A stretch of DNA of 63,787 bases, counting the filler, from Collodictyon triciliatum (Eukaryota), in NCBI GenBank assembly GCA_043381765.1. It is 8 parts of 8 records of this genome, joined end to end, with 100 filler letters (N's around TTAATTAATTAA, not from the genome) between each part and the next. Parts side by side here need not be neighbours in the genome. Positions count along the whole stretch, not along the records: positions 17,107 to 23,808 come from JBHJMP010000612.1; positions 23,909 to 33,192 come from JBHJMP010000613.1; positions 33,293 to 40,254 come from JBHJMP010000614.1; 5 more parts are not named here. One strand, given 5' to 3'. The notes under the pieces were generated by a model. The model did not search any database and was not told where the DNA came from. It was given only the letters and a program-made list of their open reading frames with translations. Below are positions 18,324 to 33,453 of the stretch, in pieces (the first letter of the stretch is position 1; each line of letters opens with the position of its first letter). The translations under genes and the position numbers were made by a program.

Positions 18324-21300
18324 GAATAGCTCAATACCCAGCAGCAGCACTCTATCAAATAGTATGTTGGTCCTCCTAATCAAACCTTTTTTTCTATTTA
18401 CTGTAGGCAAAAATACCAGTATGGATTCAGAACCACTTGCGCGACAATAGCTGGAATGTTCCCATAATTTTTCAATCCATGGAGTCTTTGATAGAAACAT
18501 TTTCTGGTGGCAATCTGCTATCTTCTCATGAATGTATGACTTCGTCATCATGTCTTTACTTCACATATATAAATTGTATTCTTCTATCTCAATGCAAATA
18601 TTTTTTCTTGCACACCTCTAGATTTAGACCTTATGAAATCCATGATAGAACGAATAGAGGTTTGGGACGAAATATCACTATAATTGCAAGTATTATGAAT
18701 CAGGAAATAAACTTTAGTATGAGCTTCTTCTCACTAGCCATTCTTTAGATTCTTTCCAGCCATCCCATACTTTCAACTGGTTTAATCATAATTGATTGCC
18801 CTGATATCGACAACCGGGATGAAATTAGTAGAGCCATGATGAATTATGTGCCACAAGCCAACTTGGTCATATATATGACTACCCCACAAAGCTTATCAAA
18901 TGAAAAGGCAAACTTTCGTCTAACCATTTAAAACTAGCATGCAAATTCCTTAATATATGGCACATAGCTTACTAAAAATTAGTTGTCTTATTTGAACCCT
19001 AGGAACTACTTTTTGTCGATAAAATGCAAAATTTTTTTGGAGTGAAGGATCTGTTTTTTGTTTGTGGGAAGTTCGAAACTGCAAAAAGTGCGACAGAGAC
19101 CTTGACACTGGCGTGTGAAACTTACGTATTTTTTCCCATTATTTGAACATACTTGTTCACAACAATGATTATGATGTTGATGATAATAATATAAAAAAGT
19201 CGAGTCGCTCTCCAATTGGGCCAGATGGTATTCAATTCGTTTCTTTTCTTCACGCCCTCGAAGATTTTTATTGCAAACCTCATGTGCCCACAGAAAGTGA
19301 AGGATTGGTATTTATCTATCACCGCTTTATGTTTCATAATCACAATTGTAGATCTAAGACTGCTGCCAAAATATTAACAATATGGATATTTATTTACAGA
19401 TACTTTTATTTTGTTTATGATTTAGATTATTGCTGCCCGTAAAAGAATATTGGCATTCGACGAAAGTATATTTCGATATCTCAAATGTCAGTTGTTTTCA
19501 ACCAGCATATCTCTTTATTACGAAGAAATTGTGTTGGCTTCAAAGTGTAAAGAAGAAGTTGAGCAATTAAAGCAGTTGGCAAATAAGGTTTCGTCTGTCT
19601 TTTTTTATTTTATTTATTTATTCTTTCGTTCAATTTTGTGTAAGATGGTCAAGATGTTGGCTAAGGTTTCATCTGGCATATTTTTTTCGTATCTCGCTTG
19701 AGAAATTTAATCATGCACGTATCATAGTTGCAGATTTTATATTTTCAAATATATTGAGAAAATAGAAAAATACAGGACCCCAGCCAAATACAAGCCACTA
19801 TTCAAGAGCTCACACCTCGCCTCACAATGTTACAAATTGAAGGTGACCAAGTGATTCAACAATTCAAACAGGTAGTAAATTAGTGAGCATTTTATAATAG
19901 AGTTTTCTGCAGGACGCAAAGTTTTTTAAAAAAGCTTAAAGTGATTTGCTCATGACTATCCTAAAAAAATTATTGGTGGAGTAATTATTTCACACACAAA
20001 GGACGTCTTCAGCGAGCTTGTTCGAATCCAACAGGATTCACAAGAATTTCTCTTAAGCTTGATAAGAGATATTCCCTCCATCGTTTCAAATTCCAAACCA
20101 AAGACTGGAATGACACTCTTATCTGCTTTTAGTGACTTTTCGTGGAAAATATATTGCTGCGAGGTTTTCCTGACAATCTTTTATAACTTTGGTATATTTT
20201 GTTGATCTGTTCCCTTTACTTTGATGAGGCGAGTTCAAACAAAGATATGATAAATTACCGATTTAAAGTATTTTACTGGTAGGTGTGTGATTTAGTGAGA
20301 GATGAGCTTGGCAATAGACTAGGTCTTTGGATTCGTGATACTCTGAGACCAAGTGTGGAATGCTTTGTTCGTCAGTTTGAACAGAAAATAGGACAAGTAT
20401 TTTTATCTTGTTGGGTGGACGATACTTATATGTCACTTTAAAATAAGCACCATTTAAATTCACAAACTATAATGGTTCTAATCTTTTTGATTTTTAACAA
20501 TTTTATTTATTTTTTTTATTTTTTTTTATTATTTAAAATATCAGAAAATAGGAGCGAAATTGTTGGAAATTGACAACATGAGAGTTCGAATTCGGCAAGG
20601 AACTATGTATATTCCATTTTTGACTGAAGATTACGAGTCTTCAACAATAACAGAACGCCTTTGGTCCACAACCGGCCTGGCGAAAGTATTGCTTATTCTT
20701 TCAGAAAGCTTTCAAAGAATCATATGTAAAGACAATCATTTAGGTCTCTTTATTCAAAAAATTGCTTTATGTTCTATTTGAATTAAAGTAAAAACGGTTG
20801 ATAAATGTACTCCATACTCTTTCATTTTTTGCGCATAGGATATAGCTGGCTTTGTGGGCCTGTATCAATCATTATACCCATACTTTGGAACATCCTTGAT
20901 TGCGCAAGTGGCAACATACTCTACTGTACTTCTCGGCACAACCCTCACGATGTCCGCAGTGGTAATTGTTCATTTGATTTTCATCTGAAAAGTTACCGGT
21001 TTTTTTATAGTTTTTTCTAATAATGATAACATAATAATAATAATAGTAATAATAAAACTATGTTAGATAAGCACGCTCATTGGTAAATCTGAGGGAACAG
21101 AAACTTACATAAAGGAAAAAGTATGTTGCGCTCTTGATTCTTCAATCTGTATTTATCTGAGAATTCTGCAGATATAAATTGTCTTTCTCTTTTTTCTCTT
21201 TTTTCTCTTTTTTCTCTTTTCTATCTCTTTTCTCTCTTTTCTCTCTTTTCTCTCTTTTCTCTCTTTTCTCTCTTTTCTCTCTTTTCTCTCTTTTCTCTCT

Positions 21301-21439
21301 TTTCTCTCTTTTCTCTCTTTTCTCTCTTTTCTCTCTTTTNNNNNNNNNNNNNNNNNNNNNNNNNNNNNNNNNNNNNNNNNNNNNNNNNNNNNNNNNNNNN
21401 NNNNNNNNNNNNNNNNNNNNNNNNNNNNNNNNNNNNNNN

Positions 21440-21516
<77 letters not shown>

Positions 21517-21962
21517 AATACAGATTTCCCAATCGATGGTTTCTTCAATGAAGTCTCATACACCACAAGCATCAATTGATATTTCCTCAACCTTCAAGGA
21601 GTTTTTGTTGGACGTTGTTAAGCGGTACGAAACATTTAAGGATGCCCTATTGTTTCATTTTCATGCAAGTGTCGATTGCTGTGGCAGGAAAATTCCTTAA
21701 CATAGTATCCACCTCATGAAAAATATGGTGCATAATTGAGCTAATCTCCTACCAATCTCATAGCGTTGAAACGGGTCTGCGGTTTGAAACGGAGCAACTG
21801 ACGCGCAGTTTAAAAAGAGCCCAAGAAATGCAAACATTAGACTTGGAGGAATTGAGAATTAAAAAAGATGGTTTGCAGTTGCAATGCGCATCCATATTTC
21901 ACTTTGTGATGAGTATTCAGGACTCAGTCAACGAAGTTCGAAAGAAGCAGAATGGTAAATGA
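17512..21962 (+). CDS. Dynamin-superfamily GTPase of the bacterial dynamin-like (BDLP)/Fzo-mitofusin type; about 17 exons, about 680 aa
   Basis: KIMVIGDAQVGKSSLINCLLGKKMVPS (G1); HPILSTGLIIIDCPDIDNRD..NYVPQANLVIYM (G3 region); LFFVCGKFE (G4 region); helical stalk; hydrophobic segment at 20839-20961; C-terminal coiled coil ending KKQNGK* at 21962; all exon phases compatible. Confidence 0.8.
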
Positions 21963-22706
21963 AGGACATGGACACATGTTGCTTCGGTGTGAATAAAATG
22001 GAGTTGTGCAAAGGGAAATACTTTATTCAAATCGATGTATTGACACGTTCGTTATTTGTTGGGAGATAAGCACCAGCACTCATGGAAAATCAGTTGCAGA
22101 AAAGAAATTTAGTGCTTTTTTTATCAACTTTCATTTGCATGCGTGCAAGGTTTGACTTTATTTTTCTTGTCGCGTCTGTGTGTGTTGTTCCTGCAGATAA
22201 CCAAAACTGTATGAGTGTCTTAAGTCGACAATTACCCCAACCTCAATTAATCATTTGCGTTTTATTGGATTTTTGATAAATCCGCTCGGTTGGACTTGGG
22301 TTTGATTGAAATGCATTATTTTCTTACAAACATGAAAGAAATATATCGCTCTGCTTCAAAAGACAGCGGAACGTTAATGCAAAGGGACTAATTTGAAATT
22401 TTTTTTCGTGGTGCTCTTTCCTTTTGTTCGGGTTTGCCATATATTTATGCATATGAGTCAGATTACTTATATATTGCTTTCGAGGGGGACTCGCATTTAC
22501 ACTTTCAACTTTTGTTATCATGTTTATTGGTCGATGACAGGTGGATGAATCCCTTCGGAGCTCATGTAAAGAAGAACTTGATGACATATCTCCGAAACAG
22601 TGGCTTGAAGATTCCTTTCGGTATAAAGGCACAGATTTATATCAATAGTACGTCGTCAAATCATAAGCTTCTCTATATACTGAATTGATGTGTGTTTTCA
22701 AGAACC

Positions 22707-23610
22707 TTAATTTTCTGAATCGTAAAGCTCCAATTTCCTCAAGGCTTCGGCATAACTCATCCTCGCATCGGTGGTACATGTGGCACTGTTGTTCCAGCAC
22801 GGTAGGTTTGTAATTCCACGAGGAGCTTTTTTAATGTGAATTTTTTCTTTGTGTTCGATTAGGAGCTCCTTCAGATTCGTGAGGGCTGTGATTTGAGGTT
22901 TAAGGTCCTCAATCTATGGACGATGGGCAATTATCAGAGTGATTGTATTTTCTAATTACTTGATTGAAAAAATGCGATAAATAACAAGCTCGTACAGGAT
23001 TTTGTTGGAGCCTCAGAGTTACCAGATTATCCAACGTTGTTATTTCGTTAGGCAGCATGGAAATTTTATTATTGGACATATTAAAGTACGTGAGACGCTT
23101 CAATCCTGATATTCCTCCGGGCAATATTGTTAGTTGGTTGTCAGAAACATCAATAGCCTCAAGGCCACTCGACGCAGATAGCTCTTCAGGAAGAGATATC
23201 AGGTGATTTTTAGAGGCAAAAATCCACTTTAGATCTATCATTACAGATATCTCGGCTGGTAGTTGCGACAGCTTGTTAGCCGACACGTCCATAGTACAAA
23301 GACTCGTCATAAATGACATCTCTGGTGGTAAAGACGACAGAAGGTTGGCTGCAACGTTCAGTTCTTTCAGGTTTAGTAGCATGGAAACCTGTGGTGGCAA
23401 CAAAGAAAGGCAGCAGTGACTAATGTCTAACTTGATGAGAAGATTCAGATCGAAAACGCCCTGAGGTACAGATGCCAAGCGCCTGTAGGAGATATTCAGG
23501 AAAGTGCATTTTTCAAGAGAACCTTCTGGTGGAAAATGATGTGGTCCCAAATCCTCCAATTTCAGGATGCGCAGAAGGCGAGCTACTTTTTCGTCAGCGG
23601 ATGAAGCCAT
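22707..23610 (-). CDS. Leucine-rich repeat protein (2 exons)
   Basis: LxxLxxLxLxxNxLxxLPxE repeats in the 260-aa ORF; phase-0 intron after LQQNP, then second exon IEDLKPQITALTNLKEL...DSEN*. Confidence 0.9.
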
Positions 23611-23808
23611 ACCAGGAAGAAAAAAAAGTTGATGTTTCTTTGCTGTATCCTGGATAATATTGGAAATGTCTGTTTGAAAAATGCTGTGCAATATAGAAGG
23701 TTTTTCTGCTTTCTTCTTTCTTCTTTCTTCTTTCTTCTTTCTTCTTTCTTCTTTCTTCTTTCTTCTTTCTTCTTTCTTCTTTCTTCTTTCTTCTTTCTTC
23801 TTTCTTCT

Positions 23809-23908
23809 NNNNNNNNNNNNNNNNNNNNNNNNNNNNNNNNNNNNNNNNNNNNTTAATTAATTAANNNNNNNNNNNNNNNNNNNNNNNNNNNNNNNNNNNN
23901 NNNNNNNN
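23809..23908. other. Artificial scaffold spacer
   Basis: N-TTAATTAATTAA-N. Confidence 0.97.
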
Positions 23909-24181
23909 GATTGATTTAGATTGATTTAGATTGATTTAGATTGATTTAGATTGATTTAGATTGATTTAGATTGATTTAGATTGATTTAGATTGATTTAGA
24001 TTGATTTTTCTCCTTTTCCTTTTTTCCTTTTTTCCTTTTCCTTTTCCTTTTCCTTTTCCTTTTCCTTTTTCCTTTTTCCTTTTTCCTTTTTCCTTTTTCC
24101 TTTTTCCTTTTTTGGAACCTGTCACTAGGTCATTAAAATCTTTCATGGACTATAAGGGTAATATTTAAAAGATATCGTCAC

Positions 24182-27100
24182 CTCCATATGATTAATTTCA
24201 CCGACCACAGTCACAAATTGAAGGAAAGCGTTAAGGACGGCACATTCCTCTGCACTTGTATTTTGAAAAATAGGCTCACGCTTCTGTTGTAAGAGTATAA
24301 ATAAACCAACGGTAACCGCTCGGAATTTTCGAAAATAAGCCCTTCGTCGGGTCATCTCCTCAACTAGTATTTCTATTGAAATATGAATGAATATATTTTC
24401 ACATGTTAAAAATAGGCATAGTGGTTTGATAGTATTTGCATTAATGAACAAAACCCGATGTTGAGTATTTACGAATTAACGGAACATGATTTGTGTCTTA
24501 TCTTATTACCAAAGATGAGTTTACTCCCGCAGCTCTTTACCAAAGGCCTTGATAGTATTTCTCTTTCAAGCTCTGCACCAGAAAATGATGTCACCTTAGC
24601 CAGAAGATAACATATTAAATACACATATATACATGAGGTAGAAAACCTGTAGTGAATGTTTCATCACTCTGCTGCTTTTTGTAGATTTGTGACAAAAACA
24701 ATAGATTTTCAGTGACCACTGTGGGGAGGTTGAGCTGAAGAATATCCTCATTACTTAGGGCCTTCAAGTCCGATACATAGCATAACTTTTTTTGTTTCAA
24801 AATCTGAAAATTAAAAATTAAAAATTATTTTTATCTCTTTTTACTTTTTTTGAATTAACCCCTGATTGTGGTTTTCTTCCACTTTATCTTTGTCGATACA
24901 AAGGTTTGTTTTAAAGAGTAAAAGTTGGTTGTTTTGTATCATATTTACTTGATTTCCTCGATAGTTATCTTCCACAGTATATCTAGGACATATCCTGAAG
25001 ATAGAATATAAATATGCACCCAATTCCATATCCTCATTAATCAAATTCCCTAAGTACATCATTGAATCAATGTTAAGTATGCAAAGTAAATATACGTACT
25101 AACTATAACTATCATAAATACCACCTTAAGACCCCAGATAAGAAAAATAATCCCTCATTTATGTATGAAAAGTAATAACCAAATAATAATGAATCATATT
25201 CAAGTCCGCAATCCATTAGTCGTGGGCAAAAAACTGATTCCCGTTTATCAGCTGGTACTTTCATGAATAAATCAGTCATTTCTCCTTCGATTGATAGAGG
25301 TGTCAACTGATCAAGGATACTGCGTTAGAAGCTAATATTGACTGGCCTCCACGCCACTTAGATTAGTGAAAGTGGATGATTCATCTAGTATCAATATATT
25401 TTGTTGCTTAGATAATCTTTTTGTTGTTGTTAAGATAATTTAAGAAAATACCTTCAAGTATAACTCTCTTGCTCTTTCCCATTCCTCAGCAAGATAAAAA
25501 CTCTCGCAACCTTTAAAAAAAAAACCGCTTTTTAACATAAAATATCCGTTTTGATACCCCTCCACTTTCCTCCGTTAATATCCGTTTGTTACAAAAATGT
25601 GTATGGTAGTTTTGTAAAATGTAATAAAATAAATAGTTATATTGGTACGGATAATTCATTTGATTTTATCAATTTATGAATACATTATTTCATTCAAAGT
25701 TTAAGAAATAAAACATATATTACGAAGTTGCACTATAGGAACAGCGTATGGAAGATGGTTATATGAAATAATTTTGTATAATATGAATTCCTATGTGGAT
25801 TGATTACATGGCATCAAGGGCTGCTGACTGCTCACGTCCAGCGGAAGGAAAAATCCTACCCTCTGGTAGCAAAATATCCCTTCATTATCGAACCCCATTC
25901 TCCTTAGCTTTTCCGCACCGATTCTCCTAACTCGCCAAATAGTATCTTCATTTCCTTCTTTCCGTGATATATCAGCCCCGATCTCTTCAGCGATGACCTT
26001 GGGGAAAGAAAGGTTCAATATTTGGCATCGTCATCGACACTAAAAGATTCTTTAAAAAAAAAATCTTGAAATAAAATTTTTTGAATATTGATATGTAATA
26101 ATGAATCGGCTTCGATTGTATTTAACCATATTAGAAAAGGAGCACATTGAGAATTGAAGGGAAACCTGGTCGAACCGAAGATAGAAAAAATTGGCGAGAT
26201 CTTCTGAATGCCGCGGTCGAAGAAATGGAGGACTGCCATCATCAGGCTGAACCCACACAATTCCTGTGCATTTCTGACAACATTCCCCGTATCTAGATTT
26301 ACAATGCTTGATTAGCTGAGTCATGAAAATTGTGAGCTATAATCAGTCTACGGAAAAAATTCGCTTTATGAATCAAAGAAATCAACTCATGAATATCATG
26401 TTAGCGTAGTGTCTCTGTTATTTTATTGGGGGTTTTTTTATTGGGGTTTTTTTTATTGGGGTTTTTTTTATTGGGGTTTTTTTTATTGGGGTTTTTTTTA
26501 TTGGGGTTTTTTTTATTGGGGTTTTTTTTATTGGGGTTTTTTTTATTGGGGTTTTTTTTTATTGGGGTTTTTTTATTGGGGTTTTTATTGGGGTTTTTAT
26601 TGGGGTTTTTATTGGGACTTTTTATTGAGTTTTATTGGTTTTAATATATATTTCAAACATACTTTCGGCCACTTCCACATGGACACGGGGAACTTGCTTT
26701 AACAGAAGGGGAATCTGTATCGAAGAAATCGCTCAAGGAATAGAGGCAGGAGTCCGCATTAGCATTAACCCAAAATTGAGCGAGACATTGCTCTACAGAA
26801 AAGATTGTGGCAGAAAGAAAGAGAAGAAAATGTAAGTATTCGCAACCGATCTAGAGTACTGTTTATTCTATGAGAGAAAAGACAGTAAATAAGACGGGAA
26901 AAAATAAAAGAAAATCAGGGTATGGGAATGTACACAGAAACGGTCACGGGATATCGACAAACCTTTGGTTCTCGTCTTGGTTTTTGCTCTCTGTTTGCTC
27001 TTGTTGCTTGTTTTTCCTTTGGATTTTGATAGCCCCTTCTCAAAAGCATCTTGTGACATCTGCTTTGAAGGGATTTTTGCATTTTTCTTTGTTTTTCCTA

Positions 27101-27209
27101 CACTAGTCATTGTATCATATCCTTGGTATGTGGAAGGGTTCAAGGCACAAGAAGACTCTGCAACTTCTGCAGCCATGCTCTCTTTTCTGCGGGCTTGCAC
27201 TTTTTGCAT
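24182..27209 (-). CDS. Uncharacterised multi-exon protein with a SEC-C zinc-binding motif and a SAM-like segment (3'-partial; could be two genes)
   Basis: Exons 27209-26963, 26792-26663 and 26292-26166 splice in phase to SPCPCGSGRK|YGECCQKC; a later exon reads ILKQKKLCYVSDLKALSNEDILQLNLP (SAM-like). Confidence 0.65.
26420..26615. repeat. Intronic tandem repeat of about 15 nt, (TATTGGGGTTTTTTT)n, with G4 tracts
   Basis: Direct inspection. Confidence 0.95.
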
Positions 27210-28446
27210 TTGATTAAAATATCGCGTCGATGCGCTCGGAGAAAACAGAAATCTAAGTAAAAGAGAAAATCTGACATGTTAATATAGTTTTTCACATGAG
27301 TGGTGAAGTATTTTGCCAAGTCGAAGAACTAACGTCGGGTATTATGGAATAGAATCGTTGCTAGATAGAAAATCTGAACACCGAGAAAAAAACATAGAGG
27401 ACGTCTTAAACGGACAAGACAAACCAAAATAAAACAAAAAACAATACCAACCCAAAGCAAAACACAAGTAAAACATAAACAATACCAAAACAAAATAAAA
27501 CAAAACAAAAACATGCTTGAGGAAGTACTCTTGTAGTAAAAGATAGACAGACACAGTATGAAATTCAAATCAAACTAGAAATAAAGAGTAAAAAAAAAAA
27601 ATCAAGAGCACAAGCCATCTCATTATACGAATATTTTTCCGAGGATACACACAGCAACGCCCAACTTGTTACCACAGACTCTCGCAGACCGACACCCAAG
27701 CAAGCAACCAGCCGCAGCGCTGTGTCCAACAAACACGTTTCTCTCTGTCAGATCGCATCAGAGATCAAGGAAGCAAATTTTTGAGCACCTTTCGCATGGG
27801 AGTACAGAGAACTGTGTATTTACAGATAAAATTTACATGAAGTTCGTTGAATTAAAACATATTAAGAAAATCTGCGTTGCAAAGGTCATGTCCAAAAATT
27901 GAAAATGAACTGGTAGAAATAGTATCATACATACTCTTCTGGAATATATTTCATACTGATATTTGATGAAAGAATTTACGTTATATTCATTATTTAATAC
28001 ATAATTTATATTTTATTGTAATAATTGTAATGAAATACTGGATAATTCACGTTATAGGACTCGTTCCCGACGACATGCATATGTCATCGCCTTCTGGAAC
28101 CATCTAGACACATCCGTTCCCGGAGGTATTCCATAAAAGGAGCCCTTCACAGAAAGGTATCGTGGGTGCTTCTGCTTCCAGAAATTCTTCCGCAACGAGA
28201 CAGAACAAAAACCAGCCATTGCTTGCCGATATAAATGGTGGCAAATGAACTGCAGCAGGCTTTCTTACACAGATCAGCGAAGAACAGCCCAAGCGAGAGC
28301 CAACTGCAGTCGTGTTGTGTCACAGCCACGACGCACCAAACAACCCTATCGCCACACCAAACAACCCTATCGCCACACCACTCGCACACCCTCCGAACTC
28401 ACCCAGCCCAACCCGCACAGCCCCACACGCCCCCCCAGCAAACGCA

Positions 28447-29179
28447 ATGGCCCAGTACATCCAGAAGCCCGCCCCTGCCTTCTCCGCCAACGCTGTTGTC
28501 GACGGTGAATTCAAGACTGTCTCGCTCGGGGACTACGCAGGTAACAACCGTCTCAAGAGCACTCAACCCAACTCACTTCCATTCAACTCCTCCTTCGAAC
28601 TGATCTGCCTTTGCAGGAAAAGAAAACCTCATAGACAAAGAATCCAAGAACAGACCCTTCTTACACTTTCTCCCACTCCCGCCAGGCAAGTACCTGGTGG
28701 TCTTCTTCTACCCGCTGGACTGGACCTTTGTGTGCCCCACGGAGATCATCGCCTTCTCTGAGCGTGTGGAGGAGTTCCGCAAGATCGGAGCCGAGGTTGT
28801 GGCCGTCTCAGTGGACTCTGAGTACTCGCACCTTGCCTGGATCAACACGCCACGCAAGCAGGGCGGTCTGGGCCCGATGAAGATCCCCATCCTGGCCGAC
28901 GTGACCAAGAAGATCTCGCGCGACTACGGCGTGCTGCTGGAGGAGGCGGGCGTTGCGCTCCGCGGCCTCTTTGTCATTGACGCAAAGGGCATCCTCCGCC
29001 AGGTCACGGTCAACGACTTGCCGGTCGGCCGCTCTGTGGACGAGACCCTGCGCCTGGTCAAGGCCTTCCAGTTTGTGGACGTCCACGGCGAGGTGTGCCC
29101 AGCCAACTGGACCCCCGGAGCAGACACCATGAAGGCCGACCCCAAGGGCTCGCAGGAGTACTTCTCCAAGCAGGCCTAA
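28447..29179 (+). CDS. PRDX: Typical 2-Cys peroxiredoxin (AhpC/Prx1 family); exons 28447-28540 and 28686-29179
   Basis: [62 protein letters not shown] and YF motifs; GT-AG intron; strongly GC3-biased codons. Confidence 0.98.
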
Positions 29180-29569
29180 GGCTCTTGGCCACCCGGCTCT
29201 GTGCCGCCGCCTCCCCCACTCAACCATACACAGCCCCATAAACGCACCCATACACGATCGCAGCTGCCGCGTCCCTGTCAGTCGCCGCCGTTTTGTTTGT
29301 TTTGTTTGCTTCGTTTGATAGCCTGACAGTTTGACAGTTTGCTTGTTGCGGTTCGTCTCGTTTTGATACTGGTTCTTGTTTGGACGAGTGTTCAACGAAA
29401 GTGCAAAGAAGCAGGGTGTTTGCGACGGATTCTGCTCTGGCCAAAGCAAAGCAAGAAAAGGCCGCGATTCGGTGACCGGGTGTGACTTGCGTAGAGACTC
29501 GGGCGAGGAATGGAAGGGTTTTCCACGACGTTCTGCCGGTTTCTGCGGCTGCGTGGATTTGTGCAGCAG

Positions 29570-31796
<2,227 letters not shown>

Positions 31797-32388
31797 GTAG
31801 GCTGCGAGCTTCATCAATTTCAATCATGCTCTCGCATGAGACTCTAGTTTTAAATATAAAACCCTGATACAGAAAGACAAGCATTAAAATACACGTGACA
31901 ATTTGAACTGTGATGTTTTTCTACTTTTGATGCGATTAACTGACAAGCGACCAAACAAATCAAACTAAGACAGTTCAATGTCTTTTTTTCAACAATTAAG
32001 GCAATAAAAAACTTACGTCAAGAATTCATTTGTCGATTCTTTTCATAGTACACATATATGAAAAAAAAAAAGTATTATTCTTATTTTCGATATCAACAGT
32101 TTTTCCTTTTTTCTTTTTTTTTAAAAAAAAAGGGAAAAGAGAACGGAGAAAAGTGCAACACCAAATACTCTGGTATCATCCTTATCGTAATCTCTCAAAC
32201 TTTTTATATGATATTGGGACAGAGGGACCGAACGAGAAAACTCCAAAGAAAAAAGGACAGGGAAGAAAAGAGATAAAGGGCTCATTTTCTGTATGTTTAT
32301 ATGTATATATAAAAAAAAGATATTGCTTGGGGCAATCAAAAAGAAGCATAGCAAGAAACGCCGGTAACATAGGCAGAAGGTGTCTGCG

Positions 32389-32688
32389 CTAGTCTAGTTT
32401 TGGTCTTCCCAGAAACGGGGAGTGGCCATCAATGAATCTCCGCACATCGACCACCACGACAGTGATGTTATCAGAAGACCCACGGAGGAGCGCATTCTGG
32501 AGAAGTTCATCGGCCCCGTACATGTCCTTCTCACGGCGCTGATAGACGAAGTCGGCTACCTCTTGGTTGCTGAAAACATCCCACAGCCCGTCAGACGCAA
32601 GGACAAGCAGCGACGGTGTTCCCTGAAACTCGGCCTCTGTGCCTGAGAGAATGCGGTCTACGTCCATCTCGGCAGAAGGCAGCGTCAC
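32389..32688 (-). CDS. PP2C/PPM-family protein phosphatase, terminal exon
   Basis: LVLASDGLWDVFSNQEV and RGSSDNITVVVVD motifs; AG acceptor precedes 32688. Confidence 0.93.
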   Translation of the reverse strand: MTLPSAEMDVDRILSGTEAEFQGTPSLLVLASDGLWDVFSNQEVADFVYQRREKDMYGADELLQNALLRGSSDNITVVVVDVRRFIDGHSPFLGRPKLD

Positions 32689-33192
32689 CTATCGGTCGTA
32701 AAGGAACTGAATATAATTTGTATGCGTAGTCGCACAACCGGAACTCCGACGGGGTGGTCGTAAGTAGGAGAGGAATCGAGATGAAAGAAAGGAGAAGAAA
32801 AAAATATGACAGAGACTGGGTTGTGGTAGGCGGTGGTTAATGTAATTTACAATCAGACATGTGATGGTTTGAGTGGGATAATGGATATCAAAACATGAGT
32901 GCAATTTTATCTTCAAAGATAAAGATGAGAAAAATTGAACTCTTCAGATGTTCCATTTATCTGCATGGGTTACGCTTCATTTTTATTTTTAACAAACAAA
33001 CAAACAAACAAACAAACAAACAAACAAACAAACAAACAAACAAACAAACAAACAAACAAACAAACAAACAAACAAACAAACAAACACAAAAATAATCAAG
33101 GAGCAAAAATTGATGAAAAGAAAAGAAGAAAAGAAGAAAAGAAGAAAAGAAGAAAAGAAGAAAAGAAGAAAAGAAGAAAAGAAGAAAAGAAG

Positions 33193-33292
33193 NNNNNNNN
33201 NNNNNNNNNNNNNNNNNNNNNNNNNNNNNNNNNNNNTTAATTAATTAANNNNNNNNNNNNNNNNNNNNNNNNNNNNNNNNNNNNNNNNNNNN
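33193..33292. other. Artificial scaffold spacer
   Basis: N-TTAATTAATTAA-N. Confidence 0.97.
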
Positions 33293-33453
33293 CCAAATAA
33301 CCAAATAACCAAATAACCAAATAACCAAATAACCAAATAACCAAATAACCAAATAACCAAATAACCAAATAACCAAATAACCAAATAACCAGACAAAATG
33401 TAGAGCGTATACTTACTGCTAACGCTTTCTTATCTCATAATGATATTGCCCAG

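Noticed and set aside
28334-28378. 21-nt direct repeat upstream of the peroxiredoxin as a regulatory element
   Set aside because: Only two copies, in a genome full of slippage duplications; no supporting evidence.
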